Under the pieces are notes generated by a model. That model saw nothing but the letters and a program-made list of their open reading frames with translations, had not been told where the DNA came from and did no database searches. From a virus (lineage: Duplodnaviria > Caudoviricetes), in IMG/VR virus record IMGVR_UViG_3300032216_000911, positions 1 to 49,748 of that record: a stretch of 49,748 nt of DNA; one strand, written 5' to 3'. This document shows, piece after piece, positions 19,241-26,989 of the stretch. Within the stretch, counting starts at the first letter, position 1. Every line of letters starts with the position of its first letter. The position numbers and the translations under genes are program-made.

Positions 19241-19704
19241 GGCCTGATAGCCTCATGGATCCGGTGAAGGGTCGGGTACTGGCCCAATTTTACACCATTA
19301 TCCAGCAGATTGGCTACCTCGATCATTTGGAGGTCGTCGAGCTCCTGCTCGGTCATGGGAAGAGGCTTGCCGGTCTCATAGTCGAGGGGATAGCCGTCCT
19401 CGAGCCCCTTGGGGCGGTTCACCCTTGAGAACAGCCACGCCAGCCGCTCGGCCCGCTCGCCGAACAGCCCGGCGATGACCGGACGCTGCTCTGGCGTCAC
19501 GGTCACTTTCTGAAAGACGTTCGTCCCATAAATCGAATGCAAGCCTCCGCCCAGAGCCACGTCCTCTTCAGCGCCCATGCGTAAAAGGTCATCATAGGTA
19601 TTCACCAGATGTTCGCCGAGCGTCCGCCCGATGTGGGAGTTGTGCATCTTGCGGAATGCGCCGACGCGCTTCAGCGCCGTGAACAGCAAGTGGCGCTTAC
19701 TCAC
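19237..19704 (-). CDS. DUF6817-like (HD-fold-related) protein
   Basis: HIGRTLGEHLVNTY..L..MG....VALGGGLHSIYGT...R.VI..LFGERAERLAWLF. Confidence 0.75.
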   Translation of the reverse strand: MSKRHLLFTALKRVGAFRKMHNSHIGRTLGEHLVNTYDDLLRMGAEEDVALGGGLHSIYGTNVFQKVTVTPEQRPVIAGLFGERAERLAWLFSRVNRPKGLEDGYPLDYETGKPLPMTEQELDDLQMIEVANLLDNGVKLGQYPTLHRIHEAIRP

Positions 19705-20317
19705 GGGGCTTGCCCTTCAAAACAAGGACGCGGCGGATCGTCGGGCAGATCCGGCTGACGCCCCGACCGACGTGGCGGATGTTGCCGGGGAAGATAGTAA
19801 TCCTTCCATACCGAGGCAGGACTGCCTTGATCACGTCGTCGCTGTCGTCGAGGAAGACGGTCTCGCCTGCCCACTCAGCCTTCCAGTCCTTCTCGACGTA
19901 GATGATGCAGGTCTCGTCGGTCTCGAACTTGCTGTCACGGTGGATGTATCCCTCAACGCCGTAGGTATGGGCGTTGGAGTAAGCCCGAACGAGTACAGGC
20001 GTGGTCGGCATGAAACGAGGCTGGATGTAGTCCCAGAGGTCGCGGATGCACTGGGGGACTTCATGATAGACTTCCTCGCGCTCGACCTTGCTGTCGGACA
20101 GCACCACGTTCCAGTGGCCGAATCCAAGCATCTGGCTCGACTTCCAGCCATAACGCCAGTTGCGGGCGTCGAGCTCGTCGATGGCTGCGTCCAGCAATTC
20201 TTGGGGGATCTTGTCGTCATAGCAGCGGATCTTGTCCGCCTCGGTAATCTCTTTCGCTGCTTCGAGAAGGCTCGCATCAGCCTTCAGCTGCCTGATCAGT
20301 TCTGCGATGGGGTCCAT
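19697..20317 (-). CDS. 2OG-Fe(II) oxygenase (prolyl-4-hydroxylase-like)
   Basis: HxD (IHRD), W..EWAGETVF, distal H (NIRH), R..LVLK 2OG-binding motif. Confidence 0.9.
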   Translation of the reverse strand: MDPIAELIRQLKADASLLEAAKEITEADKIRCYDDKIPQELLDAAIDELDARNWRYGWKSSQMLGFGHWNVVLSDSKVEREEVYHEVPQCIRDLWDYIQPRFMPTTPVLVRAYSNAHTYGVEGYIHRDSKFETDETCIIYVEKDWKAEWAGETVFLDDSDDVIKAVLPRYGRITIFPGNIRHVGRGVSRICPTIRRVLVLKGKPRE

Positions 20318-20318
20318 C

Positions 20319-21227
20319 TTATATCCTTTTGCTGAGTTTTTTCAGTGCCTTAGCCATCGCTGGGCGGGACTTGACCACATCACTGTCAAGAGCGCCCTCG
20401 ACATGCTCCTTGGTGCGCTGAAGCCCGTCAAGGCCTTTCATGCGCGCCATCTGATCGCCCATGTGACCAGAGCCCATGAAGTCGTGCTTGCCGCCCATCA
20501 TCTCGTTAAGCCGAGCGAAGGTGCGAGCAGACGGCGCGTAGGTCTGGAAGCGCTGCAACAGACCATCGACATCGCCGGTCATGATCTGCCTGGCGAAGTC
20601 CATGGCCCGCTCCGGGGGCATGTACATGCCGCTCGCCACCTTCAGGAGGTAGGCGAGGTGCTGTAAATCAAGATTATCTTTATTTGCAATGTCAGCAATG
20701 TCCTTTGCAACTTTAGAAATTTGATTTGGGGTAGCCGGATTGGCGGCTGGTTCCTTTACGTCACCACCCTTCGCCTTCTCAAGCGGCTTGGAGTGATCCT
20801 TCTTCAGCCAGTCCTTCAGCTCGTGCGTCCCCATCTCAACCACCGAGTGGATCCGCTTGTGGCCCTGCCCGTCGGAGAACGAGTGGACGTAGTCGCGCAG
20901 GGCATGGGCACGGTCCTTGTACCCGAGCAGCACCTTGTGCTCATTGAACTTGCCGGTGCGGGGGTGCTGCTGGTTGACGACGAAGACCTTCTTCGAGTCG
21001 CGGTGCGGCCCGACGAAGGCGTCGGTCTTCATACCGTCGTGGTCGGGCTTCGACGTGTCGATGTAACCGTAATCCGCCGCCATGCGGGATGCGCCGCTGT
21101 CTTTCCTATGGCGGATCTCGCCCTTGTGCTCCTCGAGCGACACCGGCTCGCCTGCCGCCATGGTGTGCCCAACGACCGCGCGACCGCCCGTGGCGAAGTA
21201 CTGATCAGCGTCGAACTTAGGCAGCAT
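20319..21227 (-). CDS. Inorganic-pyrophosphatase-like (InPase, polyvalent-protein type) domain protein with helical C-terminal module
   Basis: DYGYI...DGMKTDAFVG...VFVVNQ..P.TGKFNEHKVLLGY...A...Y; start MLPKF at 21227 has AGGGG RBS. Confidence 0.8.
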   Translation of the reverse strand: MLPKFDADQYFATGGRAVVGHTMAAGEPVSLEEHKGEIRHRKDSGASRMAADYGYIDTSKPDHDGMKTDAFVGPHRDSKKVFVVNQQHPRTGKFNEHKVLLGYKDRAHALRDYVHSFSDGQGHKRIHSVVEMGTHELKDWLKKDHSKPLEKAKGGDVKEPAANPATPNQISKVAKDIADIANKDNLDLQHLAYLLKVASGMYMPPERAMDFARQIMTGDVDGLLQRFQTYAPSARTFARLNEMMGGKHDFMGSGHMGDQMARMKGLDGLQRTKEHVEGALDSDVVKSRPAMAKALKKLSKRI

Positions 21228-22665
21228 ACGGGTTCCCCTTCGGGCGGTCGTCATAGGCTCGAGGCTCGGGCGCCTCAGGCCGCGTGACGCGGATCATATC
21301 ACGGTCGGCGAGGTAGCGCAGCCCCTGCACCCCGGCATCCATCAGGTCGTCGTGGGGGATCGACCCCTCGCCGGAGAACGTGCAGAGCTGCTCAATCATG
21401 GTCTGGGCCCAGCTGATCGGGGAGCCGGGCATCTTGGTGCTCTCGGGCACCCAGACACGCCCGGCTGCGAATAGGGGCGAGATGGCGTGGAGGCGATCAA
21501 GCTTCCTCGCCCTGCCAGGGTTGTAGGGCGCTGAGATGATCCCCTCCCGAGCCAACGTCTGACGCAGGCTGATCCCTGAGCCTTTGTCTTCGATCAGGAG
21601 CACGTCGGGCTTGCGGCCAGAGTCTTCGGTGTAGGTCGGCCCGAACATGGGCTTGAGGATCGCCCGCTCCCTCGGGGCATAGACGGCCTTGAACTCGTTC
21701 TTGACGCGCTTGATGAGGTCGGGGAAGCCCAGCCGGTCCTGCCAGCAGTCGAGCAAGATGATGTCGCGGCGCTCCTTACCCATGCTGAAGACGCCCCAGA
21801 CGGCGCAGGCGCTGTAGTCGGGATCGCCTCGGGTGGTGCTGCCGGTCTCCTCTGTGAAGGCAGTGTCGAGCGACATCACGATGAACTCAAGCTCTGGGAG
21901 CTGCCGATCGTGGGGCCACAGCTTCAGCCACGACCGGCGGATGACGCCCATCTCCTCCGGGCTGATCACCTCGGCGTGGATCTCCTGGCGCCCGATGGTT
22001 GTGCCCTCATAGCGCAGGATCTGATCGCGGAAGGTGGGTGCGAGGTTGGCAAGGTTCTCATAGGTGCTCGCCCTGGTGACGATCACGTCCTTGCCCTCTC
22101 GGGCCAGCAGGTTCCTGATGATCGTATTAGGCTTCGGGGTGGTGGTGCAGATCAGCCTGGGGCGATCCCCGAGGCGCATACCGAACATTAAGAGATCGAA
22201 GGCCTCGTCGGCCCGCTGCCAGGCGGCGAGCTCATCGAGCCACCCGCCATGGAACTGAGGACCACGGAACCGCTCGGGCTTCTCGGCGGTGATGCCCTTG
22301 ATCGTCGAGCCGTTGATCATCTTGATCTCGACCTCGGAGCGGTTGTAGGTCTCGATCAGCGCCGGGGGGATGCAGTTGATCAGGCCCGACTCGCCCTCGA
22401 AGCAGACGCCGGTCAGATCCCCGTAGGTCGGGGCCGAGACGAGCCACCGTGTGCCAGGGCGCAGGGTGGCCCACGCCCCGAGCACCTCAGCGGCGGTTCT
22501 CGTCTTACCGGCGCCACGGCCTGCGAGCAGGAGCCAGATCACCCAGTCGGCGGCCTTCGGGGGGATCTGGTGCGGCAGCCTCTTGACCATCCACGACATT
22601 TGCCAGTCGGCGATTGCTCGCTCGACCGGGTTCAGTTTGATGTAGGCTGCCGCGAGGTCGTCCAT
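21217..22665 (-). CDS. terL: Terminase large subunit
   Basis: Walker A AGRGAGKT, Walker B GWLDE, TTTP motif III, nuclease SLDTA, IEDKGSG, HDDLMDA. Confidence 0.97.
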   Translation of the reverse strand: MDDLAAAYIKLNPVERAIADWQMSWMVKRLPHQIPPKAADWVIWLLLAGRGAGKTRTAAEVLGAWATLRPGTRWLVSAPTYGDLTGVCFEGESGLINCIPPALIETYNRSEVEIKMINGSTIKGITAEKPERFRGPQFHGGWLDELAAWQRADEAFDLLMFGMRLGDRPRLICTTTPKPNTIIRNLLAREGKDVIVTRASTYENLANLAPTFRDQILRYEGTTIGRQEIHAEVISPEEMGVIRRSWLKLWPHDRQLPELEFIVMSLDTAFTEETGSTTRGDPDYSACAVWGVFSMGKERRDIILLDCWQDRLGFPDLIKRVKNEFKAVYAPRERAILKPMFGPTYTEDSGRKPDVLLIEDKGSGISLRQTLAREGIISAPYNPGRARKLDRLHAISPLFAAGRVWVPESTKMPGSPISWAQTMIEQLCTFSGEGSIPHDDLMDAGVQGLRYLADRDMIRVTRPEAPEPRAYDDRPKGNPYAA

Positions 22666-22865
22666 CAGCCCAGCTTATACTTGGCTACGGTTTTACCATT
22701 GTCGTTCATGACGATGGCCAAACCTTCATACAAAATATGATCGCCGTCGGAGAGGGTCACATATGCCGGGGCCCCATCCTTCTCAGGATAGAACCACACG
22801 TTCTTCGACGCATACAAAATGCGCCTATCTTCTCTAGTGCCGGGCGCGTGCATCACTGTAAACAT
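22665..22865 (-). CDS. Small hypothetical protein between terS and terL
   Basis: Stop overlaps terL start; purine-rich upstream. Confidence 0.6.
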   Translation of the reverse strand: MFTVMHAPGTREDRRILYASKNVWFYPEKDGAPAYVTLSDGDHILYEGLAIVMNDNGKTVAKYKLG

Positions 22866-22922
22866 CTGCTTCTCCTGCTGCTACTATGCCCTCTCGGGCC
22901 TCGGCGGGGATCCGCCAAGCTC

Positions 22923-23327
22923 TCACTGTTTCTTGGCCTCCAGAGCGCCCAGGAAGGCCAGCAGGGCCTCGCTGGCGGCGCCTGTCGTCTCGACCTTAGC
23001 CTCAATCTCGACCCTGTCGCCCCACTTCTTCGGCGCGACCTTCGATGCGTGCCACTTGCGCGCATCCATGCGGTTGCGTGCTCGAGCGGGATCTGGCTCG
23101 GTGTCCGCGATCAGCACCACCTCAGCCGCGAAGACCTCCTGCTGACGTTCGCGCGCGTGCGCGTATATCTGGCGGAAATCTTCCCTATCCTGCAACCACC
23201 TGTGGACAGTCCGCTCATGCGGAGCCCAGTCTTCCTTCTGGCAGATGATGTGGAGATGCCCACCTGCGGCGATAGCCTCGCAGATTTTTTCGGCTGTTTC
23301 GGTCGTATAGCTAGACGGTCTGCCCAT
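22923..23327 (-). CDS. terS: Terminase small subunit (Sf6/P22-like)
   Basis: MGRPSSYT...ICEAIA.G...TVHRWL...F...YAHARE...IAD...DARKWHASKVAPKKWGD; AAGGAG RBS. Confidence 0.92.
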   Translation of the reverse strand: MGRPSSYTTETAEKICEAIAAGGHLHIICQKEDWAPHERTVHRWLQDREDFRQIYAHARERQQEVFAAEVVLIADTEPDPARARNRMDARKWHASKVAPKKWGDRVEIEAKVETTGAASEALLAFLGALEAKKQ

Positions 23328-23402
23328 GTCCGGCTCCTTTTCGATCAAGAACATAGCATGAGGGCAAATTATTTTCAAAAAAGATCGAAAAAGGAGAATT
23401 TT

Positions 23403-23434
23403 GTTCTTGCAATCACCGCGAATCAGATTATTGT
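23403..23434 (+). promoter_or_regulatory. Early sigma70-type promoter P1
   Basis: GTTCTTGCAATCACC, then TATTGT 16 nt after TTGCAA; AT-rich upstream; same motif at 24050 and 34290. Confidence 0.7.
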
Positions 23435-23461
23435 AGGGACATCAACCGAACGGAGCCCAAC

Positions 23462-23623
23462 ATGACCAAGCAGATGAACGCCCAAGCAGTCGCCCAGATC
23501 CGCAGCGAGATGGACGCCGCCAAGACCAGCAAGGGCGCCCGCAAGGCGATGGCGAAGCTGGCCCTGTCCCGCAACAACCTGACCGACTGCGGTCGCGCAG
23601 AGTGGCAAAAAGAACTGATCTGA
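23462..23623 (+). CDS. Small early protein (53 aa, MTKQMNAQ...), absent from ORF track
   Basis: AACGGAG RBS directly after promoter P1; typical codon bias. Confidence 0.75.
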   Translation: MTKQMNAQAVAQIRSEMDAAKTSKGARKAMAKLALSRNNLTDCGRAEWQKELI

Positions 23624-23646
23624 TCATTAACCAAACGGAGCCCAGC

Positions 23647-23847
23647 ATGTTCATCGAGATCCACGACTACATCGCCCAGAAGCGCCAAGACGCCCGCGAC
23701 GCTTACGACTACGCCCGCTGGATTGGCTCCCCGGAGCCCAGCGAGGAACAGATCGACCTCTTCCTCGAACTGACCAACGGCGACGTGTTCAGCGTCTCGC
23801 AGGACGAGCGCGACCAGATCGTCTTCAACATCATCGAAGGAGCCTGA
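23647..23847 (+). CDS. Small acidic early protein (MFIEIHDY...)
   Basis: AACGGAG RBS repeated before ATG at 23647. Confidence 0.75.
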   Translation: MFIEIHDYIAQKRQDARDAYDYARWIGSPEPSEEQIDLFLELTNGDVFSVSQDERDQIVFNIIEGA

Positions 23848-23850
23848 ATC

Positions 23851-24039
23851 ATGTATTACCTCATCAACAACGACTCTGACCTGTCCTTCGCCCAGCAGAT
23901 CGCCATCGCCGACACCTATTGCTGGCTGTCTCAGGCCAAGCAGCAGGCAGACCGCCGCATCGCCAACACCGGCGACCGCTGGGTGGTGGTCAAGATTGAG
24001 GAGGTTTACGCCACCAGCAAAACCGAAAAGGAAGAATGA
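23851..24039 (+). CDS. Small early hypothetical protein
   Basis: AAGGAG RBS, tight packing. Confidence 0.7.
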   Translation: MYYLINNDSDLSFAQQIAIADTYCWLSQAKQQADRRIANTGDRWVVVKIEEVYATSKTEKEE

Positions 24040-24049
24040 ATAGAACAAA

Positions 24050-24081
24050 GTTCTTGCAATCACCCACCAACCCTGTATTCT
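24050..24081 (+). promoter_or_regulatory. Early sigma70-type promoter P2
   Basis: GTTCTTGCAATCACC identical to P1; TATTCT at the same spacing. Confidence 0.7.
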
Positions 24082-24118
24082 GACCCTGTAGCAACCAACC
24101 AGACCAACGGAGACCAAC

Positions 24119-24436
24119 ATGTTCCTCAGCAACGAAGCCCCCCTCGCCGACCGTTACGCCCAGATCGAGGCCGAGTTCAAGGCCCTCAAGAAACAGTATG
24201 AAGCGCTGAAGGAGGAAGCCCTCACCGCCTGCATGGCGGCTGCTGGCGACGACCTCAAGGCTGTCGTCAACGGCGACCACTTCTTCCTCGACTACAGCTT
24301 GACAGCAACCAAAACCTTCAAGGTCGAGCGCGCTCTTGAGCTGGGCTACATCACCAAGGAGCAAGTCGAGGCCTGCAAGGTCGGCTCGACCCGCCAGAAC
24401 ATGAGCGCCAAGGTGCTCGCAAAGGTGTTCGCATGA
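24119..24436 (+). CDS. Early hypothetical protein with N-terminal coiled coil
   Basis: AACGGAG RBS; LADRYAQIEAEFKALKKQYEALKEE. Confidence 0.8.
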   Translation: MFLSNEAPLADRYAQIEAEFKALKKQYEALKEEALTACMAAAGDDLKAVVNGDHFFLDYSLTATKTFKVERALELGYITKEQVEACKVGSTRQNMSAKVLAKVFA

Positions 24437-24588
24437 ACCCCGTATATGCGGTCCTTCGGGACGATGCCACGCTGGCAGGCTGGGTGCAGAAGCGCCCAGC
24501 CGGGGACTGGAGGGCTCTCACGCCCTCTGGCGTCCTCACCTACCACGCCACCCGCCAACAGGCTCGAGAGGCCCTCAAATGCTCATAG
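24433..24588 (+). CDS. Small hypothetical protein (51 aa, MNPVYAVLRDD...), absent from ORF track
   Basis: ATGA overlap with upstream stop; fills the gap. Confidence 0.6.
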   Translation: MNPVYAVLRDDATLAGWVQKRPAGDWRALTPSGVLTYHATRQQAREALKCS

Positions 24589-24695
24589 ACGCCCTGATCT
24601 TCGGGATACCGATGACCCTGCTAATCCTCTGGCTCTGGCCGGAGGAGAAGGCGCCAGACCCATACGACAACCCTGACCACTGGGGCGACCAATGA
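24579..24695 (+). CDS. Small single-pass membrane protein (38 aa, MLIDALIFGIPMTLLILWLWPEEK...)
   Basis: GAGG RBS; hydrophobic N-terminal helix; stop overlaps the next ATG (ATGA). Confidence 0.6.
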   Translation: MLIDALIFGIPMTLLILWLWPEEKAPDPYDNPDHWGDQ

Positions 24696-24898
24696 GAAAC
24701 CTTCAGGCCTTCCTTGACGACCATAATATCCGGCACAAGGATCTAGCCTTCATCACCGGCTGCACGACCCGCTCGGTCTTCAACTGGATCATGGGGGTGC
24801 GCCCCCTGCCCAGATCCACCGATCTGCTGCTGCAAGCCCTCGCTGAGGGCAAGATTGACGAATCGTGGCTGGCCGAAAAGCTTAAAGCTTATCTCTAA
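24692..24898 (+). CDS. XRE-family HTH protein
   Basis: IRHKDLAFITGCTTRSVFNWIMG.RPLP. Confidence 0.8.
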   Translation: MRNLQAFLDDHNIRHKDLAFITGCTTRSVFNWIMGVRPLPRSTDLLLQALAEGKIDESWLAEKLKAYL

Positions 24899-24915
24899 CA
24901 AAACGGAGCAAAGCC

Positions 24916-25338
24916 TTGGAAAAACAACACAAAAATACACCCATTGAAGACGTAGACATGAGCAAAAGGCTCAGAAATTGCTTTACAGAGCAAGGCTTCG
25001 AGACGCTGGGCGACATAGCCGCGCGCACAAGAGCCGAACTGCTGCGCATTCCGAACTTTGGGTCCGGCAGCCTAAGAGAAACTGAAGAAATTCTGGAGCT
25101 TTTCGATCTTAACCTGCACGAAACCATGAAGCCGTCCCTACGCAAAAAACAAAAAAAATGGTTCATTGCGAAATGGATGCCGATTGCTACGGCGCCTAAA
25201 GACGGGACTGAGATACTGGCATCTCAAGGTGACTACATTGATGTCGTTGCGTGGAGCGACAAGCCCTACGGGTTCTTTGAAGCAAACGGGATAGAGATGC
25301 ACCCAGATCACTGGATGCGCCTTCCTGGGCCTCCATAG
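24916..25338 (+). CDS. RNA polymerase alpha-CTD-like domain fused to a DUF551-like domain
   Basis: IEDVDMSKRLRNCF...TLGDI...TRAELLRIPNFGSGSLRETEEIL; WMPIATAPKDG...PDHWMRLP. Confidence 0.8.
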   Translation: MEKQHKNTPIEDVDMSKRLRNCFTEQGFETLGDIAARTRAELLRIPNFGSGSLRETEEILELFDLNLHETMKPSLRKKQKKWFIAKWMPIATAPKDGTEILASQGDYIDVVAWSDKPYGFFEANGIEMHPDHWMRLPGPP

Positions 25339-25357
25339 CCTCACTGACGCCTTTCTC

Positions 25358-25385
25358 GGCCCGGAGCTACCTCCGGGCCTTTTTT
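25358..25385 (+). terminator. Rho-independent terminator ending the early operon
   Basis: GGCCCGGAG-ctac-CTCCGGGCC followed by T6, between convergent genes. Confidence 0.9.
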
Positions 25386-25398
25386 ATGCCCGAGGCCA

Positions 25399-26316
25399 TC
25401 AGGCGGCCTCCGTAGCCTCAAGAAACGCCTTTATGACTTCCGCCGCGAGCTGCGGGACGATGGCGTTGCCGTAGGCGCGCAGGCGTCCCACTCGGTTGGA
25501 TACCCCATAAGCCAACAGGGGAAGGCCGGGTTGAGAGCGCCTCGATTTGCCGTCGGCTCCGGCGAGCCAGATATGGTCTGACCAGAATCCGTTGCCTTGT
25601 CTGTTATCCAGACCGCATCGGCTAAAGCTGTCTGAACCCCGTTCTCCTTCATGCGGCTGGGATCTTTGCTGTTCTTCGTGTGCTTGTTGGCGGTTGGCGT
25701 CGGCCATGTGGCCGCCACTTGCCTGGGCAGTTGATCCATCCTCTTGTGCCCATCCTTGCTGACTTTCGCCATGCCCGGCGTGTCCTTCCAGTCCCTTGTC
25801 GTGGGTGTGACCCATGTCGCTTGCGACCCAGTATAGCCGCTGTCGGATGTGGGGGGCATCCACCGAGCAAGCCGGGATATCGACTCCCCTGCTGGCGTAA
25901 CCTTCTCGCGCCAGATCAGCGCGCACTCCGTCGAGCCAACCATAGCCAGCCGGTCCCGCAACCTGCTCTCCCATGACGACAGGGGGCCTGACGGCGGTGA
26001 TGAGGCGATGGAAGTGGGGCCACAGGTGCCTTGGATCGTCTGTACCGGCGCCTTTGCCTGCGACCGAGAACGGCTGGCACGGGCATGATCCCGTCCAGAT
26101 CGGCTTGTCGTCTGGCCATCCGGCGAGTCGGAGGGCGTGCCCCCACCCACCGATCCCGGCGAAGAAGTGGCACTGGGTGAATCCTCTAAGTTCATCAGGC
26201 GCCACATCGACGATTGACCGGGTATCGACTTCGCCATGGGGGATATGTCCTGCTTTGATCAAGTTGCGGAGCCATTCGGCTGCGTAGGGTTCAATTTCGT
26301 TGTAGTAGGCGGCCAT
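25399..26316 (-). CDS. C5 cytosine DNA methyltransferase, alpha polypeptide
   Basis: Motif I FFAGIGG, IV GSCPCQPFS, VI GEQV, VIII APHIRQRLYWV, X RLRAYGNAIVP; motif IX missing in this frame; start MAAYYNEI at 26316. Confidence 0.9.
   Translation of the reverse strand: MAAYYNEIEPYAAEWLRNLIKAGHIPHGEVDTRSIVDVAPDELRGFTQCHFFAGIGGWGHALRLAGWPDDKPIWTGSCPCQPFSVAGKGAGTDDPRHLWPHFHRLITAVRPPVVMGEQVAGPAGYGWLDGVRADLAREGYASRGVDIPACSVDAPHIRQRLYWVASDMGHTHDKGLEGHAGHGESQQGWAQEDGSTAQASGGHMADANRQQAHEEQQRSQPHEGERGSDSFSRCGLDNRQGNGFWSDHIWLAGADGKSRRSQPGLPLLAYGVSNRVGRLRAYGNAIVPQLAAEVIKAFLEATEAA
25431..26237 (-). CDS. Nested alternative-frame methyltransferase beta polypeptide (true start uncertain)
   Basis: WVTPTTRDWKD and WPTPTA repeats plus motif IX-like ALNPAFPCWLMGYPTEW; wholly inside the alpha ORF in another frame. 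Confidence 0.75.
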   Translation of the reverse strand: MAKSIPGQSSMWRLMNLEDSPSATSSPGSVGGGTPSDSPDGQTTSRSGRDHARASRSRSQAKAPVQTIQGTCGPTSIASSPPSGPLSSWESRLRDRLAMVGSTECALIWREKVTPAGESISRLARWMPPTSDSGYTGSQATWVTPTTRDWKDTPGMAKVSKDGHKRMDQLPRQVAATWPTPTANKHTKNSKDPSRMKENGVQTALADAVWITDKATDSGQTISGSPEPTANRGALNPAFPCWLMGYPTEWDACAPTATPSSRSSRRKS

Positions 26317-26327
26317 GGTCTGGATCC

Positions 26328-26957
26328 TCAAAACGGCATGACGTCGTCGATGAGCGCCTTGGAGTCGGGGACAGCGTCGAGCGGATCCGTAACCCTCGTC
26401 CTGACCCTCTCGACAGTCGCGCCGGGGAAGACCTGCTTGGCGGCGAGGATCTCGGGGAAGCCCTCGATCAGGCGCCCGATCTCGTCGAGCGTGTAAACCC
26501 TGACGGCGCGATCCTGCGCCGCAACCTTGCCAGCCTGGTGGGGATCCCTGACGAGGGCAGCCACAGCCCCGCTGGGCATAACCACCTCCCAAACCTCAGT
26601 GTCGAGCTCCGCCTTGCCAGCAGCCACCGCAGCTCGATCCAGAGCACGCCAGGCTGCGATCATCCTCCGAGCCTGGGTGATCACGTCCTGCAGCTCGCCA
26701 TGCCACAGCGCCTGGTTGAGCAGGTAGCGCTGCCGGTCGAACTTCTCCCGCATGACCGTGTCCACCAGGAGCCTCAACCGCCCTACGCCCCACCGCCTCT
26801 CCATCTCAATCGCCACGAGGTCCAGCTCGTCCACCTCCGCTTGCCCGCTGATGAACATCCCGACCGTCGTCTGCCATGGCGGCGGGTCCATCCTTGCCAC
26901 GGGTATGCCAAAGCTGTGCTTTTGCTCTTTGCCGTTCTCGAATTTAGGCTTGGCCAT
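26328..26957 (-). CDS. Conserved phage hypothetical protein
   Basis: AAGGAG RBS before MAKPKF; MERRWGVGRLRLLV...KFDRQ...AWRALD..A. Confidence 0.75.
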   Translation of the reverse strand: MAKPKFENGKEQKHSFGIPVARMDPPPWQTTVGMFISGQAEVDELDLVAIEMERRWGVGRLRLLVDTVMREKFDRQRYLLNQALWHGELQDVITQARRMIAAWRALDRAAVAAGKAELDTEVWEVVMPSGAVAALVRDPHQAGKVAAQDRAVRVYTLDEIGRLIEGFPEILAAKQVFPGATVERVRTRVTDPLDAVPDSKALIDDVMPF

Positions 26958-26989
26958 GTTGTGCTCCTTTTGCTCAGTTCGTGTGACAG

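Noticed and set aside
26317-26592. N-terminal extension of the 397-aa methyltransferase ORF
   Set aside because: Overlaps the upstream gene; AYYNEI is the typical start of this MTase type
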